A stretch of DNA of 32,000 bases. Origin: Acaryochloris marina MBIC11017. Lineage in GTDB: Bacteria; Cyanobacteriota; Cyanobacteriia; Thermosynechococcales; Thermosynechococcaceae. The stretch is from the NCBI RefSeq assembly GCF_000018105.1, contig NC_009925.1, forward strand, positions 4,650,001 to 4,682,000, written 5' to 3'. Each line of letters begins with the position of its first letter. Position 1 is the stretch's first letter. Both the position numbers and the translations under genes were made by a program. The notes under the pieces are model-generated. The model did no database searches. It was not told where the DNA came from and saw nothing but the letters and a program-made list of their open reading frames with translations. Shown in pieces: positions 1-9,398 of this stretch.

Positions 1-951
1 TGAGTTGGCAATCCTTTTTAGATCTGAGGATAAGGTACTAAACTTGGGCAAAATCTCTGAGATAAAAATCTCCGCCGCTTTGGACCGATATCGATTGGGA
101 TTGATAATCAGAGATAATATCCTCTTTATAGCAACGTTCTCAATTTTTACCCGCTTTAGACTACCCAGCTCCAGTTCTTTTTCAATGGCAGAGGTAGAGA
201 CAAAAGCAGCGCCTAGCCCTGACTGGACGGCATTCTTAATGGCTTCAATGGAATTCAGTTCCATTTCAATTTTTAACAAACGAGGATCAATATTGCCCCG
301 GGTCAGAATTTGATCAATCACCTTACGAATCGTGGACTGGGCATCTAGGGTGATAAAGCTAAGCTTGTACAGATCTTCTCGTTGAATCACTGCAGACTCA
401 GCAAGAGGATGGGACTCTGGCAAAATCAAGGCCAGCTCATCTTCAGCATAGGCCGTCATCGTCAAAGATTCTTGCAGCTCCAACGGAACTTCGCCGCCAA
501 TAATCGCTAAATCGACTTGCCCGTTGACAATACTCCAGCAAGTGCGGCGAGTGGAATGAACATGGAGCTGAACGGCTACATCTGGATAAGCTTGGCGGAA
601 TAATCCGATAAGACGGGGCATTAGGTAGGTTCCCGTCGTCTGACTCGCTCCAATCACGAGGGTGCCCCCCTGCAGGTTCTGCAAATCTTCGATGGCCCGG
701 CAGGTTTCCTGGCAGAGCGCTAAAATTTTATCGCCATAGTCCAACAAGAGATGACCTGCTTCAGTCAACTGGGCTCGTCGTCCCCCTCGATCAAAAAGAG
801 GGACAGCTAGCTGGCGCTCTAAGTTTTGGACTTGAAGGCTAACGGCAGGTTGAGAAACATATAGGCTATCAGCGGCACGCTTAAAACTCCCCTCCGCAGC
901 AATCGCTTTGAGAATGCGGAGTTGATCCAGCGTAAACGGAAGGTCAGACAT
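1..951 (-). CDS. rbcR: LysR-family transcriptional regulator RbcR/Ycf30; the C-terminus runs off the left window edge
   Basis: My translation of the minus strand from the ATG at 949-951 gives [70 protein letters not shown]...[30 protein letters not shown]... It stays open to position 1, so there is no stop in the window, which is why it is missing from the ORF track. The HTH and co-inducer domain closely resemble cyanobacterial Ycf30/RbcR (Synechocystis Sll0998 type) as I remember it. The track ORF 5..313(+) is antisense to it. Confidence 0.85.
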   Translation of the reverse strand, partial: MSDLPFTLDQLRILKAIAAEGSFKRAADSLYVSQPAVSLQVQNLERQLAVPLFDRGGRRAQLTEAGHLLLDYGDKILALCQETCRAIEDLQNLQGGTLVIGASQTTGTYLMPRLIGLFRQAYPDVAVQLHVHSTRRTCWSIVNGQVDLAIIGGEVPLELQESLTMTAYAEDELALILPESHPLAESAVIQREDLYKLSFITLDAQSTIRKVIDQILTRGNIDPRLLKIEMELNSIEAIKNAVQSGLGAAFVSTSAIEKELELGSLKRVKIENVAIKRILSLIINPNRYRSKAAEIFISEILPKFSTLSSDLKRIANS

Positions 952-1218
952 GGGGGATGACCTGCATGTAAGACAATAAAAATCGTCCAGTAATCAAGAT
1001 ATTCTAAGTTAACCGCAAAACGTAGCGGGTCGCACTGTTTGTTGATTCTTGCATACCCACCGAGCAGGGTTCAGATAACAAACCTCTGGCCCGGATAGCA
1101 AGATTAAAACCCCTGAAAACCTTTCTAAGACTACTCATGTTAGATATTTAGGGTTGGTGAAGCGCAATCTTTAAGTTTTGTTTCCTAACGGGTCACTCAA
1201 CCCTGCAAAAGCCTGGAA

Positions 1219-2085
1219 TTAGTCCCTAAACTTAAGGCTTAGATCCAACCAACTCGCTTGGGTAATCGTGGCGCTCGTAGAGATATAGTCCACGCCTGTT
1301 TCAGCAACAGCCCTAATGGTTTGCAAATTGATATTCCCCGACGCTTCAATTTTGACCGTGTTGGCACACTGAGATCGAATGAGTTTGACGGCAGATTGCA
1401 TCTGCTCAACCGCCATATTGTCGAGCATAATGATATCGGCCTGATGGTCTACGGCCTGCTGAACCTGCTCCAGGGTCTCTGTTTCCACTTCAATGGCCAG
1501 GGGAAACGGAATGTGCTGACGCACGCGACGAATAGCCTCACCGATACCCCCAGCAGCAAAAATATGGTTGTCCTTTATCATCACCGCATCATCCAAGCCC
1601 ATACGATGATTGACGGCCCCTCCGACCTGGGTGGCATATTTTTCTAAGATGCGTAAACCTGGGGTCGTTTTGCGGGTATCAACAAGCTGGGTGGGCAGAT
1701 CCGCAATTTTCTCGGCATAGGTGCGAGTGAGAGATGCGATGCCACTTAACGGCATGATCAGGTTAAGGGCAACACGCTCTCCCATCAGTAAAGCTCCCAT
1801 TGGCCCTTGGAGCTGAGCAACGACGGTTCCAGAGGGGCTGTTCTTTCCCTCTGGAACGAGAGGATTTATCGCTACCTGGGAGCTTAGGAGATGAAATACG
1901 CGCTGAAACAAAGGTAGACCGGCAACTACCCCCGACTGCTTTAAGCGAAGTTCAGCTTGCCCCCAATGGGCTTCTGATCCTTCAGGCCAGAGGGCTTGGG
2001 TGGTGCGATCGCCTCGGCCAATATCTTCAGCTAGCCAGGTCTGCAAAAGGGGGTCCAGAATCAGCCAAGGAGGTAAGGTTGCCAC
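1219..2085 (-). CDS. nadC: Nicotinate-nucleotide pyrophosphorylase (quinolinate phosphoribosyltransferase)
   Basis: The track ORF 1219..2148 has the typical NadC N-terminus LPPWLILDPLLQTWLAEDIGRGDRTT and the C-terminal TIM-barrel part (DNHI, MLDNM, EASGNI). The ATG at 2148 would overlap ctaE by 58 nt. An in-frame GTG at 2083-2085 gives (M)ATLPPWL..., sits 6 nt after the ctaE stop and yields a normal ~288 aa product, so I prefer it. Confidence 0.85.
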   Translation of the reverse strand: MATLPPWLILDPLLQTWLAEDIGRGDRTTQALWPEGSEAHWGQAELRLKQSGVVAGLPLFQRVFHLLSSQVAINPLVPEGKNSPSGTVVAQLQGPMGALLMGERVALNLIMPLSGIASLTRTYAEKIADLPTQLVDTRKTTPGLRILEKYATQVGGAVNHRMGLDDAVMIKDNHIFAAGGIGEAIRRVRQHIPFPLAIEVETETLEQVQQAVDHQADIIMLDNMAVEQMQSAVKLIRSQCANTVKIEASGNINLQTIRAVAETGVDYISTSATITQASWLDLSLKFRD

Positions 2086-2090
2086 AGATT

Positions 2091-2717
2091 CTAGAGAAGA
2101 TACAAAATCAGGAATAAAACAATCCAAATAACATCCACAAAGTGCCAATAAACTTCGGTAGCTTCAATCCCAAAATGGCTGGTTTCAGAATAATGCCCCG
2201 GCACCCGTGAGCGCCATAACACTGCCGACATCAACAGTAGCCCCACAAACACATGCAATCCATGGAAGCCGGTCAACAGATAGAAGGTGCTGGCAAACAG
2301 GTTGGTGGTTAAGCCGAAACCCAAATGGTTGTACTCGTACACCTGGCCTGCTAAGAAGGTCGCGCCCATGGCAATGGTGATCGCAAACCACAAGCGGGCG
2401 GCTTTAACATCACCACTCTGTTTAATGGCAGTGTCAGCCTTATGAATCACAAAACTACTGGAAATCAGAATGATGGTGTTGATGCCAGGGAGCATCAATT
2501 CCAGCTCTTCGGTGCCCTCGGGCGGCCACTCAGGGGTCACCACGCGAAAGGCAAAATAGGCCACAAAGAGTCCCAGGAATAACATGCTTTCTGAGACGAG
2601 GAACACAATAAACCCGAACAGTCGCAAATCGGGATGCTCACTATGGTGCTCAGCGGTTTCCACCGTTGCGGCATAGGCGATGTCGGCTTGATTTTGATCG
2701 GCTGTTGAACCTTGCAT
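2091..2717 (-). CDS. ctaE: Cytochrome c oxidase subunit III
   Basis: 208 aa polytopic membrane protein with the conserved end ...GFHGLHVFVGLLLM...HFGIEATEVYWHFVDVIWIVLFLILY. It is third in a ctaC-ctaD-ctaE gene order. Confidence 0.9.
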   Translation of the reverse strand: MQGSTADQNQADIAYAATVETAEHHSEHPDLRLFGFIVFLVSESMLFLGLFVAYFAFRVVTPEWPPEGTEELELMLPGINTIILISSSFVIHKADTAIKQSGDVKAARLWFAITIAMGATFLAGQVYEYNHLGFGLTTNLFASTFYLLTGFHGLHVFVGLLLMSAVLWRSRVPGHYSETSHFGIEATEVYWHFVDVIWIVLFLILYLL

Positions 2718-2759
2718 AGGTCTCCAATGTTGCTAACGTGTTCAGGTTTAAGAAAGGAA

Positions 2760-4424
2760 CTACTCTAAGCTTTCAGCTGCAAGGGCGTGGGCAGGCGCTA
2801 GGGTGGCCGCCACAAAATCGAGGGCCTTGGGTGTCCCATAATCATAGGGACCAATCGCTAAAACGGGATCTTCCTCAAAGTTCTCTACAGGTGGGGGAGA
2901 AGGAACCGTCCACTCTAAAGTCAGTCCTTTCCAAGGATTACTGTTGGCTCTGGGGCCTGCCAACCAGCTCCATACCGCATTGACCACAAAGGGAATCGTT
3001 GATGTCGCCAAAATATAGGACCCAATCGTACATACGACATTCAGCGCTGCAAACTTCGGATCATATTCAGCAATTCGACGATTCATCCCTTGTAGTCCCA
3101 AGACATGCATGGGCAAAAAGCAAATATTGAAACCGACAAAGGTCATGGCAAAATGCACCTTGCCCCAGAATTCATTCAGCATCCGTCCGGTCATTTTAGG
3201 AAACCAGTGATAGAGACCAGCATAGATGCCAAATACGCTGCCGCCAAATAAGACGTAATGCAGGTGAGCAACAACAAAATAGGTATCGTGCACGTGAATA
3301 TCAAAAGGCACTGAGGCCACCATCACCCCACTGAGGCCACCCACCACAAACATGGAGACAAAAGCCATCCCAAACAGCATGGCACTGCACAAGTTCAGCT
3401 TGCCACCCCAAACCGTTGCTACCCAGCTAAACACCTTAATCCCCGTGGGCACGGCGATCACCATCGTGGCAATCATAAAGAACATCCTTAACCAGTCGGG
3501 AGTGCCACTGGTAAACATATGGTGAGCCCAGACAATTAAACCCAAAAAGCTAATGGCAATACTGGAATAGGCAATCGCCTGGTAACCAAAAATAGGCTTA
3601 CGAGCATGGACCGGCAGAATCTCTGAGATTAAGCCAAAGGCTGGCAGAATCATAATGTAAACCGCCGGATGGGAATAAAACCAGAACATATGCTGGTAGA
3701 CAATTGGGTCGCCACCCCCTGCTGGGTTAAAGAAGTTGGTGCCTACCAATAAGTCGAAGCCCAACAAGACCATTGCACCACTTAAAACAGGGGTTGCCAC
3801 TAGCTGCAGGGCCGAAGTCGCCAACATAGCCCAGCAAAACAGGGGCATATCATTCAAGGTCATGCTGGGAATGCGCATTTTAAGAATGGTGACCAAGAAA
3901 TTAAGTCCCGCCATAATCGATGAGGTTCCCAGCAGAATGACCCCCAGAATCCAGATGGCTTCTCCTGCTTTGTTGGTCATTAAGCTCAAAGGCGGGTAGG
4001 AGGTCCAGCCTGCACTGGCGGGGCCGACAAAGAAGCTGCACAACAAGAGAATGCTAGTGGGAGGGATGATCCAGAATGCGATCGCATTCAGTTTCGGGAA
4101 GGCCATATCCCTAGCCCCAATCATCAACGGCACCAAAAAATTGCCAAAGCCGCCCGTGAGGGTGGGGATGATCCACAAAAAGATCATGATTGTGGCATGC
4201 ATGGTGAACAGTTCGTTGTAGGTCTCTCGTGGCACAAAATCTGAAGCGGGAGTTGCCAACTCAGTCCGTACCAGTTCAGCCAGAAGTCCACCAATCAGAT
4301 AGAACACAAAGCTTGTGACCAGATATTGAATGCCAATCACCTTATGGTCCGTACTGAAGCTGAAGTATTCGCGCCAAGGCGTCACCTCTACTTCTTCTAG
4401 ATGGGGTGCTTGCGCTTCCGTCAT
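2760..4424 (-). CDS. ctaD: Cytochrome c oxidase subunit I (heme-copper oxidase catalytic subunit)
   Basis: 554 aa with hallmark motifs GGGDPIVYQHMFWFYSHPAVYIMILPAFG, WAHHMFTSG and VVAHLHYVL. Confidence 0.95.
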   Translation of the reverse strand: MTEAQAPHLEEVEVTPWREYFSFSTDHKVIGIQYLVTSFVFYLIGGLLAELVRTELATPASDFVPRETYNELFTMHATIMIFLWIIPTLTGGFGNFLVPLMIGARDMAFPKLNAIAFWIIPPTSILLLCSFFVGPASAGWTSYPPLSLMTNKAGEAIWILGVILLGTSSIMAGLNFLVTILKMRIPSMTLNDMPLFCWAMLATSALQLVATPVLSGAMVLLGFDLLVGTNFFNPAGGGDPIVYQHMFWFYSHPAVYIMILPAFGLISEILPVHARKPIFGYQAIAYSSIAISFLGLIVWAHHMFTSGTPDWLRMFFMIATMVIAVPTGIKVFSWVATVWGGKLNLCSAMLFGMAFVSMFVVGGLSGVMVASVPFDIHVHDTYFVVAHLHYVLFGGSVFGIYAGLYHWFPKMTGRMLNEFWGKVHFAMTFVGFNICFLPMHVLGLQGMNRRIAEYDPKFAALNVVCTIGSYILATSTIPFVVNAVWSWLAGPRANSNPWKGLTLEWTVPSPPPVENFEEDPVLAIGPYDYGTPKALDFVAATLAPAHALAAESLE

Positions 4425-4491
4425 AAATCAATCCTTTATCCCGGGGTGATCACAGAAATCGTTGTCTTAATTGTCAAAATAAATAGCCCTG

Positions 4492-5478
4492 TCAGGACGC
4501 TGAAGGGGAGTGGGCAGCCTGCGCTAAATCCGACTGATGGGAGTCAGGCAGGTGATGAGGCATACCCATCGCTGCAGCATGGTGTTCTAAAGGGGACTTG
4601 GTTACAGATTGAGCGACCGTCTCCCTCGACGTATTTGCTACGAGCTGACTATCCACCCAAGCTTGGTATTCAGCCCCAGAGTGGACAATGGAGCGGGTCT
4701 TCATTGCTCCGTGATACGCCCCACACAACTCTGCACAAATGACGGGATAAACCCCTTCTTTTGTAGGCTGAAAATTCAAGTGAGTGACTTGACCTGGCAC
4801 TGCATCTTGCTTCAATCGAAATTCAGGTACCCAAAACGCATGAATCACATCCCTCGCCGAAATGTTGAGGGTTACGGGGCGATTGGCGGGTAGATGGAGT
4901 TCGCCGGAGATGATGCCCGTATCGGGATACGTAAATAGCCAAGCATATTGCAAACCATCTACATTGACCTGCAATGGTTCAACGGTTTCAGTTGCCACTG
5001 CTTGGCTAAGCGCGCCAGAAGGCATCTGACCTTGATCGGTGACCATGGTGGCGGCATCTGCATCGGCCACCCGTTCCATATCGCCATGCTGATGGGCCAT
5101 ATTATGAGATCCCATCGTACCGACGCTATCAATACTCTGATAGACATCGAAACTATAGATTCCCAACCACAGCACTAGCATTGCTGGAATGGCAGTCCAG
5201 ACAATTTCTAAAGGCACATTGCCATGCACAGGTTCAGCATCCGTCTGATCATCTGACTTACGGCGAAACGCGAATAAGGAATATAGCAACGCCCCTTGAA
5301 CAATTAGAAATAGGCCCGTGGCAATGGCCATCATCGATGCGAATAATCGATCGATTTCTGCCGCTTCAGAAGCTGCAGCGATGGGCAGTAATAAATCATT
5401 GTTTTGACTGACCCAAAGACTCGCAAGGGTAATTAAAATCCCAATAATTAAGGTGAGAATCGCCGTTGGAACTTTCAC
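4492..5478 (-). CDS. ctaC: Cytochrome c oxidase subunit II with an intact CuA site
   Basis: 328 aa with two N-terminal TM helices, VIHAFWVPEF, and CuA ligands in ICAELCGAYHGAM (H..CxExCxxxHxxM). Confidence 0.9.
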   Translation of the reverse strand: MKVPTAILTLIIGILITLASLWVSQNNDLLLPIAAASEAAEIDRLFASMMAIATGLFLIVQGALLYSLFAFRRKSDDQTDAEPVHGNVPLEIVWTAIPAMLVLWLGIYSFDVYQSIDSVGTMGSHNMAHQHGDMERVADADAATMVTDQGQMPSGALSQAVATETVEPLQVNVDGLQYAWLFTYPDTGIISGELHLPANRPVTLNISARDVIHAFWVPEFRLKQDAVPGQVTHLNFQPTKEGVYPVICAELCGAYHGAMKTRSIVHSGAEYQAWVDSQLVANTSRETVAQSVTKSPLEHHAAAMGMPHHLPDSHQSDLAQAAHSPSAS

Positions 5479-5955
5479 AGTGATTTTCCTGTAGTGATAG
5501 AGCGGATATCAGGCCAAACGATAAGAAGATTTAAACACCTATTTCAAGACCTTCAACATCACCTACTACGGTAGATCAGCTCCCTCGGTAAGGTGGAACT
5601 CTGATCAGCAGTCTTAGGCTTTTCTTTGGGATCCTGACAAGACAACAGACCCTTCTATCTTGGCAGTTGATTCTAGATTTGGAGATAACTGAACCTTAAA
5701 GTTTCCTTACAAAAGTCTATGTCTTTCTACCTTTTAGTAGAACCCTTAAAAAAAGGTAATATCCGCAATAGTGTTAAGCAAGCTGCGACACTTGTGTAGC
5801 AATATGTTTCAGGCCATTCCAGCGTCAGGAAAATAGTGGTTACAGTGTATCTATTCTGACCAAACTTCGATAGATCTCTACTAGTAGCGAACTATTAAAA
5901 GTTAATAACCACTGATGTGGTTACACTCCCCTTCCTATCGTTGTTGACACAATCT

Positions 5956-6927
5956 ATGGCCGACATACTACAGAACCACTCCTCAGGTGCCAATTCAGCG
6001 AAAAGAACACCTTGTCAGCTCTTCAGCTATGCGTTTTTCGCCATGGCCCTATTGACACTCTTTCTAATGGCCTTAGGCAGTGCAACACGGGTAATGAATG
6101 CAGGATTATCCTGCCCAGATTGGCCCCTATGCTACGGGGAGCTGATTCCCAAGGAACAGATGAATCTCCAGGTTTTCCTAGAGTGGTTTCATCGTCTCAT
6201 TGCCTCCTCCCTCGGTCTCTTGATGATGGTGTTAGTGGGAGCAACCTGGCGGTGGAAATCGCAATTACCCAAATGGGTACCCATCGTTACGACCCTGTGT
6301 CTTGGCTTAATTATCTTCCAAGGCGTCTTAGGCGGATTAACGGTCACCCAACTTTTGCGATTTGATATTGTGACCGCTCATCTAGCGACCGGATTGCTTT
6401 TTTTTAGCAGCATGTTAGTGCTAGGCAGTAGCTTAATGCCCTATCAGGGAACGGGGGTTGTGGCTCGACTTCCTTGGCTCAGCACCCTCGCTGGAGTCCT
6501 TATCTATTTCCAAAGTATCCTCGGCGGCTTAGTGGCTTCTCGCTGGGCTGCGCACCAATGTCTGGCAGGAGCACAGCTTTGTCGGATTATGTATAACCAC
6601 TTTGTTGGGGTTGTTCCGCCCACCCTTGCAGTTCTCGCCTTGGTGTTTTTAGCTTGGCGAACTCCAGCCCTGCACCCGCGTTTAAGGGGATTGGGAAAAC
6701 TGGCTTTAGGTTTGTTAAGCCTACAAATTTTAGTAGGGATATCGACCCTAAGATTACATCTACAAGTTGTCGGCTTAACCGTTGCCCACCAAGCCATTGG
6801 GGCCAGTTTATTAGGCACCCTAGTAATCTTCAGCGTGATCGCGATTCGAGATCGCCATCAGGCGGAATATGTGCAACCCTTACAAACCGTTCCCCTCGCA
6901 ATGACAGGCTCTTTAGAACCGTCTTAA
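5956..6927 (+). CDS. ctaA: Heme A synthase (COX15/CtaA family)
   Basis: Polytopic membrane protein with the CtaA motif GLSCPDWPLCYG and conserved His residues (EWFHRL, VTAHLATG, TVAHQAIG). It is divergent from ctaCDE and directly upstream of ctaB. The track starts at the GTG at 5917. The first ATG is at 5956 (MADILQNH...). The start is uncertain. Confidence 0.85.
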   Translation: MADILQNHSSGANSAKRTPCQLFSYAFFAMALLTLFLMALGSATRVMNAGLSCPDWPLCYGELIPKEQMNLQVFLEWFHRLIASSLGLLMMVLVGATWRWKSQLPKWVPIVTTLCLGLIIFQGVLGGLTVTQLLRFDIVTAHLATGLLFFSSMLVLGSSLMPYQGTGVVARLPWLSTLAGVLIYFQSILGGLVASRWAAHQCLAGAQLCRIMYNHFVGVVPPTLAVLALVFLAWRTPALHPRLRGLGKLALGLLSLQILVGISTLRLHLQVVGLTVAHQAIGASLLGTLVIFSVIAIRDRHQAEYVQPLQTVPLAMTGSLEPS

Positions 6928-6990
6928 GTCTTCCCCTCGCTACGTTTTCATCGTCTTGCCCCATCTTGGAATTTATTCAGAGGCTTAAAT

Positions 6991-7965
6991 ATGCAAAAAA
7001 CCATATGGGCTGAGGTTCCTTGGCTTCATCCTGGTTTTGCTCAGACCTGCATCGATTTCTATCAACTGACTAAACCCCGGCTGATTCTGTTGTTTTTGAT
7101 TACAACGGCGGCTGCCATGTGGGTTGCTTCCTCTGGACAAGTCGGCCCGCGATTATTTCTAACGACTTTACTCGCAGGCGCTTGTGCTGCGGGGTCGGCC
7201 AATACCATCAACTGTATTTACGATCGCGACATCGACTACATCATGGAGCGAACCCGGCATCGTCCTCTCCCCTCTGGGCGAATCCAAGTCTGGCAGGCTA
7301 GTGTTTTTGCTGCATCATTAGCCCTCACCGCCTTTTTCCTGTTGGCCTTTGGGGCCAATCTTTTGAGTGCCTGTCTAGCGATGGCGGGTATAGCTGTTTA
7401 TATTGGTGTCTATACTTACTGGCTGAAGCGCTCATCCACCCAAAATATCGTAATTGGTGGTGCTGCAGGGGCTATTCCCCCCCTAGTGGGTTGGGCTGCG
7501 GTCACTGGAGAATTGAGCTGGGCCGCTTGGGTACTGTTTGCCATCATCTTCATCTGGACGCCACCCCATTTTTGGCCCCTCGCCATGATGATTGAAGAAG
7601 ATTATTCCAAAGTCGGCGTTCCCATGATGCCTGTGGTGAATGGTATGGCCACCACTGCCAATCAGACCTTTATCTACACGCTCCTGTTGTTACCCGTCAC
7701 CCTGTTATTGGTTTATCCCTTAAAAGTGTCTGGTGCGTTATATGCGTCGATAGCCATTGTGCTCTGGGTGCAGTTTATTCACAAAGCCTGGCAACTGACT
7801 CAAACCCCAGATGATAAGCAGATGGCCCGGTCCGTCTTTAAGTTCTCGATTCTGTATATGATGCTGCTCTGTGCAGGGATGGGAGTCGATAGTCTTCCCT
7901 GGACTCAACAGATATGGCACCACTCCACTCATATCCTTCAAGCTTGGATACCCAGCATTGGTTGA
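6991..7965 (+). CDS. ctaB: Protoheme IX farnesyltransferase (heme O synthase)
   Basis: 324 aa UbiA-type prenyltransferase with NCIYDRDIDYIMERTRHRPLPSGRI and a second Asp-rich region (PPHFWPLAMMIEEDY). Confidence 0.9.
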   Translation: MQKTIWAEVPWLHPGFAQTCIDFYQLTKPRLILLFLITTAAAMWVASSGQVGPRLFLTTLLAGACAAGSANTINCIYDRDIDYIMERTRHRPLPSGRIQVWQASVFAASLALTAFFLLAFGANLLSACLAMAGIAVYIGVYTYWLKRSSTQNIVIGGAAGAIPPLVGWAAVTGELSWAAWVLFAIIFIWTPPHFWPLAMMIEEDYSKVGVPMMPVVNGMATTANQTFIYTLLLLPVTLLLVYPLKVSGALYASIAIVLWVQFIHKAWQLTQTPDDKQMARSVFKFSILYMMLLCAGMGVDSLPWTQQIWHHSTHILQAWIPSIG

Positions 7966-8232
7966 AGTCATCAACTTCACCTTGAAGCTACCCCATCTGG
8001 AATTTTTTTATCCAGATTGATAGGTACCTCTGTTTTTATTGAAACTATGGCAATATTCGGCGGATGACAGGCTAAATTTACTTAAGGTGAAGTCTAGGTG
8101 TGCGAATCAATTGATCACAGTTGAATGACTGCTTTGAAGTTAAATGGCAGCAATATATGGCCTGATAACTGAAGAGCTTCTGTAACGTAATGCTCCAAAA
8201 ACTACGATCTCAACTAGCAATTCCTAAGATTC

Positions 8233-8244
8233 ATGCAATTGCAT
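8233..8244. promoter_or_regulatory. Perfect 12-bp palindrome ATGCAATTGCAT about 50 bp upstream of the ABC transporter start; candidate operator
   Basis: Read directly from the sequence. A second palindrome with a CAATTG core (ATCAATTGAT) lies at 8106-8115 in the same 330-bp intergenic region. Confidence 0.3.
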
Positions 8245-8296
8245 CGTAGACACAGTAATAAAATAAGAAAGACTGCCTGTTGAGATTTGTGATTAT

Positions 8297-9316
8297 ATGG
8301 CTCCTGCTGTTCTCATCCAAAACCTAAAAAAATCCTACGGCAAGGTTGAAGCAGTTAAAGATGTCTCCTTTCAAATTCAACCGGGAGAGATTTTTGGCTT
8401 GCTAGGACCCAACGGTGCTGGTAAAACCACAACCTTGCGTTGCCTATGCAGCTTAGCCACACCGGATGGTGGCACCATCGAGGTGAATGGGGTCTCTGTT
8501 CAAAAATATCCCAGAGCTGCCCGTCAATTGTTGGGATATATTGCCCAAGAAGTCGCTCTGGATAAAGTTCTTACCGGTCGTGAATTGCTGCAGCTACAAG
8601 CGGCCCTTTATCATCTACCGGCCAAAACGATTGCAGGTCAGGTGGAAAAAGTTTTAACGCTGCTAGATCTACAAAGTTGGGCCGATACCAAAACAGGCAC
8701 CTATTCTGGCGGTATCCGTAAACGACTTGACCTTGCTGCAGGTTTATTGCATGAGCCTGCTGTATTGGTTCTAGATGAACCCACTGTTGGATTAGATATT
8801 GAAAGTCGGGTCGTGATATGGGACTTTCTACAAGGACTGCGCGAGCGAGGCACGACCATTCTGCTGACGAGTCATTATCTAGAAGAAATTGATGCCCTTG
8901 CCGATCGCGTTGCCATTATTGACCAAGGCACTGTCATTGCCGAAGGGGCACCCACGGACCTAAAAGACCAAGTGGGAGGGGATCGAGTTACCCTCAAGAT
9001 TCGGGAATTTACTCCAGTTCAAGAGGCACAACAGGCCCAGGCCATGACAACTGCCCTACCCTTTGTGCAAGATGTGATTATCAATCCTGCCCAAGGCAAC
9101 TCACTCAATATGGTGGTCTCTTCCCAAGGAGATGCCCTCTTAAGTATTCAAACTGCCCTGAAAGAGGCCGGGTTGCCTATTTTTAGCATTGCCCAAGCCC
9201 GTCCAAGTTTGGACGATGTTTATCTAGCTGCCACGGGTCGAACCTTGTTGGATGCTGAAATGGCAGCGGCAGGGACTCGCGATCGCAAAAAAGAACGCAA
9301 AGAAAATATGCGTTAA
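8297..9316 (+). CDS. ABC transporter ATP-binding protein (ABC-2/DrrA-like exporter subfamily with a C-terminal accessory domain)
   Basis: Walker A GPNGAGKTT, signature YSGGIRKRL, Walker B VLVLDEPTVGLD and H-loop TSHYLEE. About 100 extra C-terminal residues. It is followed by an ABC-2 permease. Confidence 0.9.
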   Translation: MAPAVLIQNLKKSYGKVEAVKDVSFQIQPGEIFGLLGPNGAGKTTTLRCLCSLATPDGGTIEVNGVSVQKYPRAARQLLGYIAQEVALDKVLTGRELLQLQAALYHLPAKTIAGQVEKVLTLLDLQSWADTKTGTYSGGIRKRLDLAAGLLHEPAVLVLDEPTVGLDIESRVVIWDFLQGLRERGTTILLTSHYLEEIDALADRVAIIDQGTVIAEGAPTDLKDQVGGDRVTLKIREFTPVQEAQQAQAMTTALPFVQDVIINPAQGNSLNMVVSSQGDALLSIQTALKEAGLPIFSIAQARPSLDDVYLAATGRTLLDAEMAAAGTRDRKKERKENMR

Positions 9317-9398
9317 CTTCCTATCGTTTAGGATCAACTTACCGTCGATGGATCCTCAATTTCTTCTGAACCTAGATACCAACTTTTAAAACTTTGTT

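Noticed and set aside
5-313. Track ORFs lying antisense to, or out of frame within, recognised genes. Examples: 5..313, 1258..1647, 1800..2117, 2185..2391, 2738..2983, 3736..3999, 4401..4742, 4609..4893, 4948..5178, 5181..5411, 6012..6365, 6504..6818, 6654..7013, 9650..9919, 10684..10974, 13775..14089, 14206..14641, 16359..17014, 17432..17899, 19155..19592, 21112..21629, 23975..24418, 24923..25669, 26667..27645, 29060..29679, 30061..30662 and 31747..31983.
   Set aside because: Each one is embedded in a longer ORF that carries unmistakable family motifs on the other strand or frame. Their translations are low-complexity or Arg/Ser/Pro-rich, as expected from antisense reading of moderately GC-rich coding DNA.
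1150-1204. Imperfect hairpin (AGGGTTGgTGA ... TCACtCAACCCT) just downstream of the nadC stop as a terminator.
   Set aside because: It has a ~32-nt loop, a bulge in the stem and no U-tract on the minus-strand transcript. That is too weak to call.
7995-8017. ATCTGGA-(9 nt, T-rich)-TCCAGAT hairpin after ctaB as a terminator.
   Set aside because: It is only a 7-bp AT-rich stem, and the T-run lies in the loop rather than after the stem. At best it is marginal.
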